64,000 bases of DNA, from NCBI RefSeq assembly GCF_001194135.2, contig NC_068982.1, forward strand, positions 192,044,700 to 192,108,699, in the 5' to 3' direction. Position numbers and translations under genes: made by a program. How positions within the stretch are numbered: position 1 is the first letter of the stretch; each line of letters starts with the position of its first letter. Origin of the DNA: Octopus bimaculoides. Taxonomy: Eukaryota. Shown here piece by piece: positions 52,425 through 64,000 of this stretch. Below the pieces are notes generated by a model that saw only the letters and a list, made by a program, of their open reading frames with translations, searched no databases and was not told where the DNA came from.

Positions 52425-52697
52425 GGCATATGGTGTAGTGATTAGAGCGCAGGCTACAAACCCCAAGATTCCGAGTTCGATTCCAAGCAGTGACCTGAAC
52501 AATAATAATAATAATGATAATAACCTCGAAAAATACCTTAGGAATGAGATCTCAGGTTCAAAATTTCCCCAAGACACCTGAAGAAGGCTGGAGAGTATAT
52601 CAGCCGAAACGTTGTGTTAACAACAAACAAGATGAGGATAAATATCCATCGAATGTAAATAATGTACATAATTCCTCATCTCTTAAATATAGAACTG
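52425..52697 (+). mobile_element. tRNA-headed, hammerhead-containing SINE-like element (family A); truncated copies at about 51095-51262(-) and 28213-28372(-)
   Basis: A-box tggtgtagtgattagagcg and B-box gagttcgattcc, then (AAT)n, then the hammerhead segment and an about 80-bp tail shared by all three copies. Confidence 0.7.
52573..52618 (+). ncRNA. Minimal type I hammerhead motif, family A
   Basis: GACAC-CUGAAGA-A-GGCUG-GAGAGUAUAU-CAGCC-GAAAC-GUU^GUGUU. Confidence 0.7.
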
Positions 52698-53009
52698 TAC
52701 AAACCTGAACTCAAATAATACCAGTTCTGTGGAGTCTTGCAATAAAAAAAAAACTCTTTGTTTCGGAATTAAATACACAAGAATAGTCTCTAAGAATCTT
52801 TCTCTCATTTTACACATCTTCCATAAAATTCCATGACTTCCCTGAGGAATGTCTCCTTTTTATGATGGTAGAATGTGATATGAGAGACGTTTGATTTGTA
52901 TTTTTAGAGAATCTAATGACTACTCCTCATTAGTTTCTATAAACAATGATAAATTAGTCAAAAGTCCTTAATGGGAGCTGTTGGTCCACCTTCTCCACCT
53001 TCCTCTTCT

Positions 53010-53845
53010 GTTAGGTTGTTTCTATTTTAAACTAAATTAACTATCCAGTAAGAGGCCCTTTGTTGCCAGCAGAGATGGAAGCTCTCTGAATTTTGTCCAA
53101 CCTATTCTTACTCTCAGAGCAGCCACTTCCGCTACTAACTTAGTTACCTAGATAACAGAAGCTATCTACTGTCCCTAACTTAACCACCCCCCTCCAGTAT
53201 TTGATGGAGTCTGTTTTCTGTACATTTTCGGTGGTTATTATACCTGTGCATCTTCCACCCACAAAAGCTATTTTCCTCTAATATTGCTGCATCTCTTATG
53301 CATTCATAGCTTACACCAGGTACATCTTATGGAATTTCTACCTACACCTTTTCTACAGATTGAGTAGGGATTTGTGATTTGTCTGCCTTCCTACTTACTA
53401 AGGCTTAGATTTTTGCTAGGGTAACTCTAATGCCTTTCTATTCTAGACCTTGCTTCCATATCTGAAACTTCTCTAGTTCTGGTAGTGATTCAGCTATAAG
53501 AACAAGGTCATCAGCATAGAGGAGCATTCAGGGATAACCTGTCTTAAGTTACTCTGTTATTGCCTGGAGGACTATGATGAACAAGAGGGGGCTGAGGACT
53601 GATCCTTGGTGAACTCCTACTTGTATCCTGAATTCTTCGCTGTACTTGTTTCCAACCCTCACCTTACTGATAGCATCTCTGTGCATGGCTTGTACAGTTC
53701 TCACGAACCACTCGTCTATCCTTTGTTCCCACATTGACCACCAGATAAGGGATCAAGGGACCCTGTCAAAAGCTTTCTCCAAGTCAACAAAGGCCAAGTA
53801 CAGAGGTTTATCTTTGGCTAAGCATTTCTCCTGCAACTGCCTTAC
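53010..53845 (-). mobile_element. RTE LINE RT fragment
   Basis: RQLQEKCLAK...VDLEKAFDRVP, GVHQGSVLSPLLFIIVLQAITE, LLYADDL. Confidence 0.85.
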
Positions 53846-54726
53846 CAGAAACATAACAGAGCAGTGGTGCTTCTCTCTGGCACAACACTGCTGCTGTGGT
53901 CTGCTGTTTTACTTTTTCCATTATTGTAGCAGTGGTTGTTTGAGTTGCTAGAAATAGTAGCCATATCTCCCTCAATACCCTAATCTTCTTACAACAAAGA
54001 CATTAGATAATGTAAGCCTTGATAGATTAATGGGGTGGTCATGATTGGAACATATTTGATCAAGGCTGTTTTTTTTAAGTTTGTCACAGTTATGTCCTTT
54101 TATGGGATGTCCTTGTGGCCAACAAAAGAAATTCACACAAAACACTCAGCAGCATTTTCCTCAGTTCTTTACATTGTAAGTTCAAATCTGACAGGTACCA
54201 AGTTTGCCTTTCATTCATTCAGGGTCAATAAAATACCAGTCAATGTGACTGAACTCTCCCCTAAAATTGCTGGCCTTGTGCCAAATTAGAAATTACTATG
54301 AGTAGTTGTGGTGATGGTAATATTAGGGTTACTATTATTATTATTATTATTTCAGTAATCTTATTACAATTATTATCAAACCAGCCAATTCATACCAGCA
54401 TAGGAAACAGGCACCAAATGTTGTTGTTGTTGTTTTATTATCCCCCTTTCATCCTTTCGGGGTCGATAAAATAAGTACCTGTTGAGTACTAGGGTTGATG
54501 TAATCAACTTATACTCTCTCCCCTCACAAATTTCAGGCCTTGTACCTACAGTAGAAAGGATTATTATTATTCTTCTTCTTATTATTATTATTATTCTTAT
54601 CCCTGGCTGCTTTCATATGACGTAAGCCTCGCTTCCAGCTGACTTCAGAATCTGAAATGGTTTTCCTATTCTTTCATCTTTATTCTTCTCTCCACAACAA
54701 AATTACTGTCTGCTGCATAGTAATTG

Positions 54727-54776
<50 letters not shown>

Positions 54777-55224
54777 CTCTCCCCTTCGTTCTCTTTCTTC
54801 CTCCTACCTCTCTCACTCTCTCCTATATATACACATAAATACACCATGTATTGATTCTATGTACATCTGTCTGTTTTTTTGTTTTTTTTTTAACATTGTT
54901 TCTTTGGTCGCTGATTAAAACTTATTCTTTCTGTCTTCTTCTTCCACATCTGAAAACATCATAGCCTTTCTATTACAATCATTTCTATTGTTTTGGATTT
55001 TTCTGTTTTTATTTAATTTGGTTGATTTTGTTTCAGCAGATTTTTCACAATTTGCTGGGATTCATGTACCTATATCTAGATTATTATAATTATTACTATT
55101 ATTGTTGTTGTTGTTGTTGTTTTCCAATTTGGCAAAATTATTATTATTTTTTTTTTAGATAGTGACAACTTTCTAAAAGACACATGTTTCATAATAATAA
55201 TCGTTTCTACATTAGGTACAGGGC

Positions 55225-56400
55225 CTAAAATTCAGCAAGCTGCCGCAGAAATTCTGCATCCATCTGCTTGGATTTGAGCAGCATGCACCCATCCTGGCTC
55301 ATCAAACAGCTTTCATCTCCTCATGTCTTTGCACATGTGCCCTTGTTCTGATAATGCTTGGCATTGAAGAATTGATCAAGAGCCAGTTTCATTAGTCAAC
55401 ACCTGAAAACTTCCGATGGGCTAATTTGCTAATGCAATTTCTGAAAGCTTGACCTGCCAGGAAGGATGCATTCTGCTTCCAGTATCCGGGGTGTTGTGTA
55501 TGGGTTCTGTCTATGGTGACCAAACAGATCAAAAATTTGTGGTGGTCCATGTAACCGACGACTTTGAACTGTGAACAAAATATTCAATCTAGGTACGAAC
55601 TGGAAGACCCAATGTTGTTTGCCCATGTCCACATTGGTGCATTTGATAATTCTGTTAGTATCAGTCAGCCAATTAGAAGCAACTAAGAAGGTTTGTGAGG
55701 CTTTCACACTCTCCTCTCTTATTGGCTACCCCCCTCCCCCACCTTATCCTGGTGTGTGTCCAATATGACATTCCAGTCACCCACTAAATCTAAAGAGTGA
55801 AATATTGCAAGGAAAACCGCCTCCAAATGTCTGAAGAAATTCTGGCAGCCCCACCGCAGTTGGGGTGTATATAGTGACTAGTCTAAAAGCCCCACCTTTG
55901 CTATTGCTCACATCCAGGGCCACCATCTTACCATCTTAGAAGCACTGCCACCTCACCTCCCATTCCAGGCCAACTAAGTGATGAGAAGAACTGAAAATCA
56001 TTAAAAACAGGAGCTAGATCGTGTGTCAGAAATCCTGGGTTTTGCTGATGGCTGTCACATCCCTAGCTAGTGACCTGAGGGCGTTGAGCAGGTGACCTTA
56101 CCTCCAGGGCAACCCCAGGCCACAAGCATTTATACAATTTACTTTTAAACCCACCATGATGACCGGACAGAATTTGGAGAAGAAACAAAGGGCGTTTACT
56201 TACCCACTGGGTACCACTGAATGTTAGGTGGTTCAACCTCTGTAATTGTTGGGGTTCTTTTGAGAACCACCTTAAAATCCTACTCATGGCTTTTACATTA
56301 GGGGTTCCCACTGAGGCTGTATCTCATTGTGGCGGCAGAGTTACTATATATGTGGAAGTTACAATCACCCGAAGACTTCCTACTCTGAGAAAGAAACACC
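55225..56400 (-). mobile_element. Tx1/L1-clade LINE fragment (APE endonuclease of ORF2, end of ORF1)
   Basis: CINACGLGLPWR*GHLLNALRSL..DVTAISKPR, GKMVALDV...GAFRLVTIYTP, LVGDWNVILD, WTWAN..SSSSYLD*IF, GYMDHHKFL...PGYWKQNASFL. Confidence 0.8.
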
Positions 56401-57193
56401 ATTGAGCCATAGGAAATAGTTTCCAGAGATGTTTTTGAAAATTGTCTGTTCTTCAATACCAAGAGTTGATGATCGAGAAACCTAGCAGACCCATTATAGT
56501 AGTAAAACTTTTTCTTTTAGTAATGAAGAGGAGATGAAAGCTGGAATGACAAACCATTGGATAAATCTCTCTCCACCCTCAAGGAAAATAGAAAACACTT
56601 GGAAGAGGAAGAAATTCTAACACTCAAACAACAGATCTGAACGATTTCAGAATGGTTTCCAAAAGAAATGGAAACAGCATATCGAGGAGGAGGGGGAAGA
56701 GGAGGTAGTGGTGTGAATTAGACAAGCATATAAATCACTTCTTAACCCTTGGACTATTGTCTCTTTATAGGTGTTGTGGGTGAGGCTGTACTGGATGGTG
56801 TGACTTTTTCCTCAGAAATAAAATATTTAAAGCAAGAATGTTTCTATCTTTTGCTTGTTTCGGTCATTAGACTGTGGCCATGCCGGGGCACTGCCTTGAA
56901 GAATTTTTAGTTGAATGTAAATGGAAAGCATTTGCCAAAGGCTGATTTCAGTTTGTCTTAAATTACTGTAACAATTTCTCGATTAACATCATGGGGAAGA
57001 CATTTTCAAGGTTTTTATTTTTTTTTTCCACAAAGGCGTAGGAGTGTGGTAAGTAGCTTGCTTACGAACCACATAGTTCCGGGTTCAGTCCCATTGCGTG
57101 GTACCTTGGACAAGTGTCTTCTACTATAACCTCTGGCCGACCAAAGCCTTGTTAGTGGATTTGGTAGATGGAAACTGAAAGAAGCCCATCGTA

Positions 57194-57229
<36 letters not shown>

Positions 57230-58086
57230 CATATATACAAGAATAAGGGCAGGGAATCGTCAATTAATAATAGAATTAATAATTAACAATTTTGCCAAGT
57301 AGTTCAGTATGAAAAAACCTTTATCGGTAAAACCATTTATCATCATAAATATACAGGGATTAGCATTGAGTTGCTTCTCCAACATACTGAAAANNNNNNN
57401 NNNNNNNNNNNNNNNNNNNNNNNNNNNNNNNNNNNNNNNNNNNNNNNNNNNNNNNNNNNNNNNNNNNNNNNNNNNNNNNNNNNNNNNNNNNNNNNNNNNN
57501 NNNNNNNNNNNNNNNNNNNNNNNNNNNNNNNNNNNNNNNNNNNNNNNNNNNNNNNNNNNNNNNNNNNNNNNNNNNNNNNNNNNNNNNNNNNNNNNNNNNN
57601 NNNNNNNNNNNNNNNNNNNNNNNNNNNNNNNNNNNNNNNNNNNNNNNNNNNNNNNNNNNNNNNNNNNNNNNNNNNNNNNNNNNNNNNNNNNNNNNNNNNN
57701 NNNNNNNNNNNNNNNNNNNNNNNNNNNNNNNNNNNNNNNNNNNNNNNNNNNNNNNNNNNNNNNNNNNNNNNNNNNNNNNNNNNNGTGTGTTTACCTCCCC
57801 GTAACTTAGCGGTTTGGCAAAAGAGACCGATAGAATAAGTCCTGGGGGCGATTTGCTCGACTAAAGGCGGTGCTCCAGCATGGCCACAGTCAAATGACTG
57901 AAACAAATAAAAGAGTAAAGAAAGTATCTTCCTCACCTCAGTGATCTTGTTTGGGTTTCTTCATCTTTACAATAGCCAGTATTGTTAAATAAGTACCAGT
58001 AATATATTGGTGTCTATCTATAAACTGTTTTATTTCTTATAGTAAGATTGTATATTTGTTTGTTTTCAGTTTATCGACGAGTAACA

Positions 58087-58465
58087 ATGGATTTGAGAAT
58101 GCTGATTATGGCATCACTGACCAGTGGTCTTGCTGGAATCGGTTATTATATTTGGAAAAAAGCCCTGAAACCCACTCTACAGTTGCTTTATTATGACATC
58201 CGTCTTTTGTCAACCTTATCAAAAGTTGGCAAAGAAAGAAGTAAAAACTACAAAGTTATGAGTTTAGCTGACGTCTTTCAAGCTTCAGTGAAAGCTAACC
58301 CAGACAAAGTATTTCTCATCTTTGACCAACAACAATACACTTACAGTTATGCTGATAAAATCTCCAACAAAGTTGCTAATCTTTTGTTATCACTGGGAAT
58401 CCAGAAAGGTGATGTTGTTGCCATGGTACTGACCAACAGTCCACAGTTTGCTTGGATCTTCCTTG
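58087..58465 (+). CDS. SLC27A: Fatty acid transport protein / very-long-chain acyl-CoA synthetase (SLC27A2/A6-like), N-terminal coding exon
   Basis: Translates MDLRMLIMASLTSGLAGIGYYIWKK...SLADVFQASVKANPDKVFLIFDQQQYTYSYADKISNKVANLLLSLGIQKGDVVAMVLTNSPQFAWIFLG. This matches the FATP/VLACS N-terminus (TM anchor; P.K.FL.F....TY...D..SN.VA..L...G...GD.VA....N.P...W..LG). Acceptor tttgttttcag at 58069, ATG in acaATGG context, donor G|gtgaga at 58466 (phase 1). Exact paralogue unresolved; later exons not found in window. Confidence 0.9.
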
Positions 58466-58560
58466 GTGAGACACTTTTTTCCATATTTTCTCTTTTATTA
58501 TTTTAGAATTTGGAATATTTCTGTTGATTGTTAAACCACTGTCTGTCTCCCATCCACCAC

Positions 58561-58608
<48 letters not shown>

Positions 58609-58618
58609 NNNNNNNNNN

Positions 58619-58666
<48 letters not shown>

Positions 58667-58686
58667 CAATCACTGTTTCACCCATT

Positions 58687-59137
58687 ACTCCTGCCCCCAC
58701 TCTCCTTGGTATGGTCATGTGATGCATATGGATGAGGACAACCGTGTAAAGAAGTACCGATCTCTAATGGTGGAGAGAACCTGTGGTAGAGGTAGACCCA
58801 GGAAGACATGGGATGAGGAGGTGGTGAAGGATGATCTTCAAACCTTGAGCCTCACAGAGGCAATGGCTAGTGACCGAGACCTTTGGAAATATGCAGTGCG
58901 AGAGAAGATCCGTCACGCGAAGTGAAATCATAGTTGTGGCTGATGCTGGCAGCCATGCCGCTGGTACATAAAAGCACCCATTATACTCTCGGAGTGGTTG
59001 GTGCTAGGAAGGGCATTCAGCCATAGAAACCATGCCAAATCAGACTGGAGTCTGATGCAGCACCTCAGCTTGTCAGCCCTGGTCAAACTGTCCAACCCAT
59101 GCCAGCATGAAAAATGGACGTTAAATGATGATGATGA
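58687..59137 (+). mobile_element. RTE LINE 3' end in the SLC27A intron
   Basis: WYGHVMHMDEDNRVKK...GRGRPRKTWDE...RDLWKYAVREK* and shared tail. Confidence 0.85.
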
Positions 59138-60026
59138 GTAAATGTTTGTCTTTTGAAAATGAGTGTTTATTTCATTATTTTGTATAAAAGTTCCAAGAAA
59201 TTTGATAAAGACATCCAATCATAATTCTTTTGTATGTGTGCTGTATTTCCTGTTATTGCCCTATGGTGGTAAAAGTAGACTTCTAAATTTCACTGTCATC
59301 GGATGAGTAACACTCTAATAGTAGTAGTCCTTTCTGCTGTAAGGTACAGTGCCTGGAATTTGGCAGGAGTGGGGGGGGGGCTCGTTGATTATAGTGATCC
59401 TAGCACTTGACTGGTACTTTATTTTATTGACCCCAAAAGGGTGAAAGACCAAGTTGGCTTCTGTGGAATTTGAACTCAGAACAATGGGCTCATCATATCA
59501 TCAACAGCAACAAGAAAGAGATTCTTTTAACCCTAGGCTAGCCCTGGTTGAATCGACTTATATGATCAAAGACATTCCAGCTGTCACCTTCTTTTTTTTT
59601 TTTTCAAGGAGACTACATTATGCAGTGTGTCCCTCATTCTAAGACGGTTGGATACAATTTCAGGGCAGTTCTCTTGTTTGTGATCGTAATGGTGTTCATG
59701 AACTTATAAAATACACTTCCTGTTTAGCCTGGTGGAAACTAATTTCACATTTAACGGCAGAAATACCAATTTCTAATTAATAAACACACAACTTTATCAA
59801 TGAGGGAAGGAAAACTAAAACTGCAATGTTGATAATTAACTATTTTAATTAATGTATATTACTGTAATCTTTTTTTATCAAATTCCAGTTGCAAGGATAA
59901 GAGGATTAGGATTAGGGTTAAATATAAGCCAATCAAGCTCAGTGTTGTTTTATTAGGAAAGTGTTGAAATATAGAGTTAAGTTGATCTGCACCAGGATTA
60001 TGTAATTCAATACACAGACTGAATAA

Positions 60027-60072
<46 letters not shown>

Positions 60073-60548
60073 CTGAAATCTCTGCTTAAATTGGTGCTCT
60101 ACTACTAAAGAACAGACGTAAACCTAAATGGCCATATTTTTTTTAAAATAAGAATCTGTGTTGCTTGGCACCATACTTTGGAAGCTGAAAGTATGGCTTG
60201 CAATTAGCATAGAAGCATGGATACACACTGACAGAACAACACACACACACACACACATGGGCTGAGTCATACACACATACACCCACAAATACATAGGTAC
60301 TTGTACACCGAGAAACAGACTCAGACACAAACGTGGACTGGCACGTGCACGTCTAAACACACACACACACACACACATATTATGTTATTCAAGCATAAAT
60401 AAACTCTGCCACAAGTGTATGTATGCATGTGTATGTGAATATAATGTGTATGTGTTTATGGAAAAGACTGTGTGTGTGTGTGTCTGTATTTATTTGTGTG
60501 TGTGTGTGTGTAATACACACACACACAAGGAGAGAATGTGTTGAAGTT

Positions 60549-60731
60549 TTATATATTAAGAAAAAGAAGGTAATCAGGATTTGGATTAAAAAAATTTTAT
60601 TTAGCGTTTTTGACCCTTTTAGGGATTCATCGTGGTTAATAACCATTCATGATGAATCCCTAAAAGGGATGGAAATGCTAAATAAACAAGTTTTTTATCC
60701 CAATCCTGACTACCTTCTTTTACTTTATATA
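60549..60731. repeat. Decayed fold-back palindrome (about 180 bp) in the SLC27A intron
   Basis: aaggtaatcaggatttggatt...ccttttagggattcatc versus its reverse complement; centre TGGTTA-A-TAACCA at 60633-60645. Confidence 0.85.
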
Positions 60732-61320
60732 ATGTGGATGCATATTTGGATGTGTATGTATGTGTATGTATATATATATATGTGTGTGTGTGTGTGTATT
60801 AATCTATTGGATTGGTACTTTCTCATCTCCACCCCTGCCCAATTTATCAGGATGACATCATCAATTCAATTAACAGTTTATTATTAAGACTACTTTAAAA
60901 TCATAACCATGCATTCAGCTCTTCAATAGCTGGTCCTTTTCTCTCTCTCCCACCCCACCCCCTTAACATCTCATTAGTTGTTGCTCCTTTTAATCACAAA
61001 TTAAGTTTTGAAGTGAAAATTCAAATCAAATCTTGGAATCTCTTTCTCCATTTAGATTCTTCCATTTTGCTGTACTTTTTCTAATTTACTTTTAATGGCC
61101 TTTGTAATTCTGCTGTTTTTACAACAGCATTGGCTTATGTGAACTTCTGATTAACTCAGGACACACTTCTACTGCATGGGCTTCAGCTGGTGTAACCATG
61201 AATAAAGATTTTGTCTGATTTTTCAAAAACTGCACAAAAATTGAATCCATTTCTGATGTTCTCTTCACTGGTTTTAAACTCCTTTCTCTCTGTTTATTGT
61301 ATTTACAGCTCATGCACACA

Positions 61321-61393
<73 letters not shown>

Positions 61394-62659
61394 GAAAATT
61401 TTTCCCCATTGATTCCAGCAGACTTTCAACTTATTTCTGATCCATTTCTCTTTCAATAAACAATATTTCCAATTTCTATTTGCCTCTTAGGAATTCTTTC
61501 CGCTTGTCCATTTTCTGTCTCTGCTCTTTGTTACCTGTTTGTATTTCTGTCATTAAATTCTTCAACTTAACAAATTTTAGATAGTTTTTATATAGTACCC
61601 TAACATTCAACTAAATAGGTACCCACAACAATTTGAATATAACACAGAATATGTTTAGGGACCAGTTTTTTTATACCAAACTTCTCATCTGATAAGAATT
61701 GCTCATCTTGGCAGCTGAGGAGATTTTAGATTCGCAGGTTCTTCACTTTCACCAGATAATTTTAAATCAATGCTTACGAGTGCAGTTGTCACTATTTTGA
61801 CCATATGATTCAGTTATATGGTTTCATTGGCTTCAAACACAATTCAACAGCTTGCAATCAGGGCCTTTGCAATCAGAAATAATCCAAGACGTTAGAGACT
61901 TCTTAAGTGGCCTCACCTAGTCAGGTCTCTCATGTTCAGAAATAAACTGGGCATAACATTGGTTGTTTTCTTTGTAGCCATAACAACTACTGCATCTGCT
62001 GCAAGGGCAGTTAATATATGGTGTGTCTCCTTCAGAGAGGTCTCCTGCCTTCACTGTTGCTGTCCTGTGGATTAGGAATTGTTGTGGGGTGTGTGTTTTC
62101 TCTGTCTTTCTCTTTTAGTAGGCAGTAATTGCTAGCTTGAGGGCTACTTTGACTAACTTGAGATGAGCAGAGCAGTAGTTTGTCTCTATATCTCCATGCC
62201 AGCAGTTATGTGTGTTTATTATGTGTGTGTGTATCATGCTTTAGTATTCAATACCTCAGACTGGAGCCTGGTGTTGCCATCCGGTTTCACCAGTCCTCAG
62301 TCAAATCGTCCAACCCATGCTAGCATGGAAAGCGGACGTTAAACGATGATGATGATGATGATGATCATAAAGCCACCACACTTAATACTGCATTCCCAAC
62401 TCTATCAAGGGGTCTGATCTTGCATATTACTTGATGACCTCACTAATGCTGTTGCCATGAAAAAATGCATTGAGTATGTTCCATGAAATGGTTGGCATTA
62501 GGCAGGGCATCCAGCCATAGAAACCATGCCAAAGCAGGCATTGGCTCATTGGATCCTCTCAAACTGTCCGATTTATGCCAGCATGGAATATGGATGTTAA
62601 ATGTGTGTGCGTATATATATGTTTGGACGTCTATATACGTTTGTGTATGTTCATGTATA

Positions 62660-62906
62660 CGAGGGGGTACCCAAAAGAAACTGGAATTTTGCAATATTAT
62701 TTTATTCACTTAGTTTTACATGTTTACACTTTTATCATCTTCAAAGTATTCTCCATTTGAAGCAATGCATCGGTCCAGGCGCGTTTTCCATTATTCGAAG
62801 CAGTCCTGGAACTCTTGATAAGTGTTGCCTTTTAATGCCTCCATCGTTTTACCACATCTGCAAAACATTTTCTTTTGAGGACTTTTTTCATTCGATGGGG
62901 AACAAA
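62660..62906 (-). mobile_element. Mariner transposon 3' end
   Basis: TA (62658-59) then TIR cgagggggtacccaaaag. Minus strand encodes KTMEALKGNTYQEFQDCFE*WKTRLDRCIASNGEYFE, a mariner C-terminus. Runs into N gap. Confidence 0.8.
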
Positions 62907-63958
62907 NNNNNNNNNNNNNNNNNNNNNNNNNNNNNNNNNNNNNNNNNNNNNNNNNNNNNNNNNNNNNNNNNNNNNNNNNNNNNNNNNNNNNNNNNNNNNN
63001 NNNNNNNNNNNNNNNNNNNNNNNNNNNNNNNNNNNNNNNNNNNNNNNNNNNNNNNNNNNNNNNNNNNNNNNNNNNNNNNNNNNNNNNNNNNNNNNNNNNN
63101 NNNNNNNNNNNNNNNNNNNNNNNNNNNNNNNNNNNNNNNNNNNNNNNNNNNNNNNNNNNNNNNNNNNNNNNNNNNNNNNNNNNNNNNNNNNNNNNNNNNN
63201 NNNNNNNNNNNNNNNNNNNNNNNNNNNNNNNNNNNNNNNNNNNNNNNNNNNNNNNNNCGTAGCCATAGCACCATTTTCTCAACATCCCCACTTCCCCCAC
63301 ACATGACCACCACCCACTGCAGGCCCCTCCACTCTACCTCACATACCTATTTGCCGTCTCATAGTTACCACAGCACCCCCCACCCCAGCCGCTCCAATTT
63401 CTCTCACCATCACTTGCTACAGTCCCCTCTTCTTCTCTCAACATTTCCCTCCCATTTTTATGAAACATCCCCCTCTATCCCCCCTGTACCACTTATACTC
63501 CCCACCCCCACTGTTCCCTATGGATAGGTCCCAATACATTTCCAACATCATCTATTTCTCTCTCTCCTTCCTTTTTATCCCAGAATAAAGTATCTCCTTT
63601 TATAGTAAGACATATCTCGGTCCCTTTTTATACTTTAACCTCTCATCAACTGACATTCACCTCCCTCAATAACCCCACTCCCTTTTCCAGCTGAGGGGTC
63701 TTAAGCTGCTTAGTGACCCCATTGCTGCTGGTGTTACATAAAAAGCACCCAGTGCACTCTGTAAAGCGGTTAGTGTTTTAGAAGGGCATTCAGCCATAGA
63801 CAACAAGGCCTGGTGCAGTTCTCTGGCTTAGCAGCTCCTGTCAAACTTCAACACATGAAAAGATGATTATACATATATATGTATATATATACTGAGGGAG
63901 AGAGAGAGAGAGAGCACTATAGATTGAGAGATGTGTACATATATGTCCGTATATATTG

Positions 63959-64000
<42 letters not shown>

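Noticed and set aside
52425-52495. Functional tRNA gene (also the S1-S3 heads)
   Set aside because: A/B boxes only; no complete cloverleaf or acceptor stem; continues into repeat body.
58466-64000. Next SLC27A coding exon
   Set aside because: No segment encoding the expected L.KLG...A.IN.N.R continuation was found. The acceptor-like site near 61127 gives an early stop. Presumed beyond the window or in the gap.

Overview
AT-rich, repeat-dense eukaryotic sequence from a gapped short-read scaffold (10 N-runs). The SINE, RTE and microsatellite content points to an Octopus genome (inference). One host coding exon is clearly recognisable: an SLC27A (FATP/very-long-chain acyl-CoA synthetase) N-terminal exon at 58087-58465 (+). 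It has a candidate in-frame first exon 30.6 kb upstream (27405-27480), next to a candidate first exon of a divergent minus-strand transcript. Most other recognisable sequence is transposon debris: many RTE LINE pieces, a young HERO-like (R2-group) 3' fragment inserted in a mariner MITE, Tx1/L1 and CR1-like fragments, a Buster/Charlie hAT, two Tigger/pogo transposases, a mariner end, piggyBac-type and hAT MITEs, and several tRNA-derived SINE families. The most unusual signals are: (1) six minimal type I hammerhead ribozyme motifs in three sequence families, one in the 3' UTR of a Penelope-like GIY-YIG fragment with an inverted 5' end and one in a tRNA-headed SINE-like element; (2) three unrelated long fold-back palindromes of about 180-300 bp; (3) a CpG-retaining domain at about 26-40 kb. 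All alignments were done by eye. TE boundaries are approximate (tens of bp) and family names need database confirmation.
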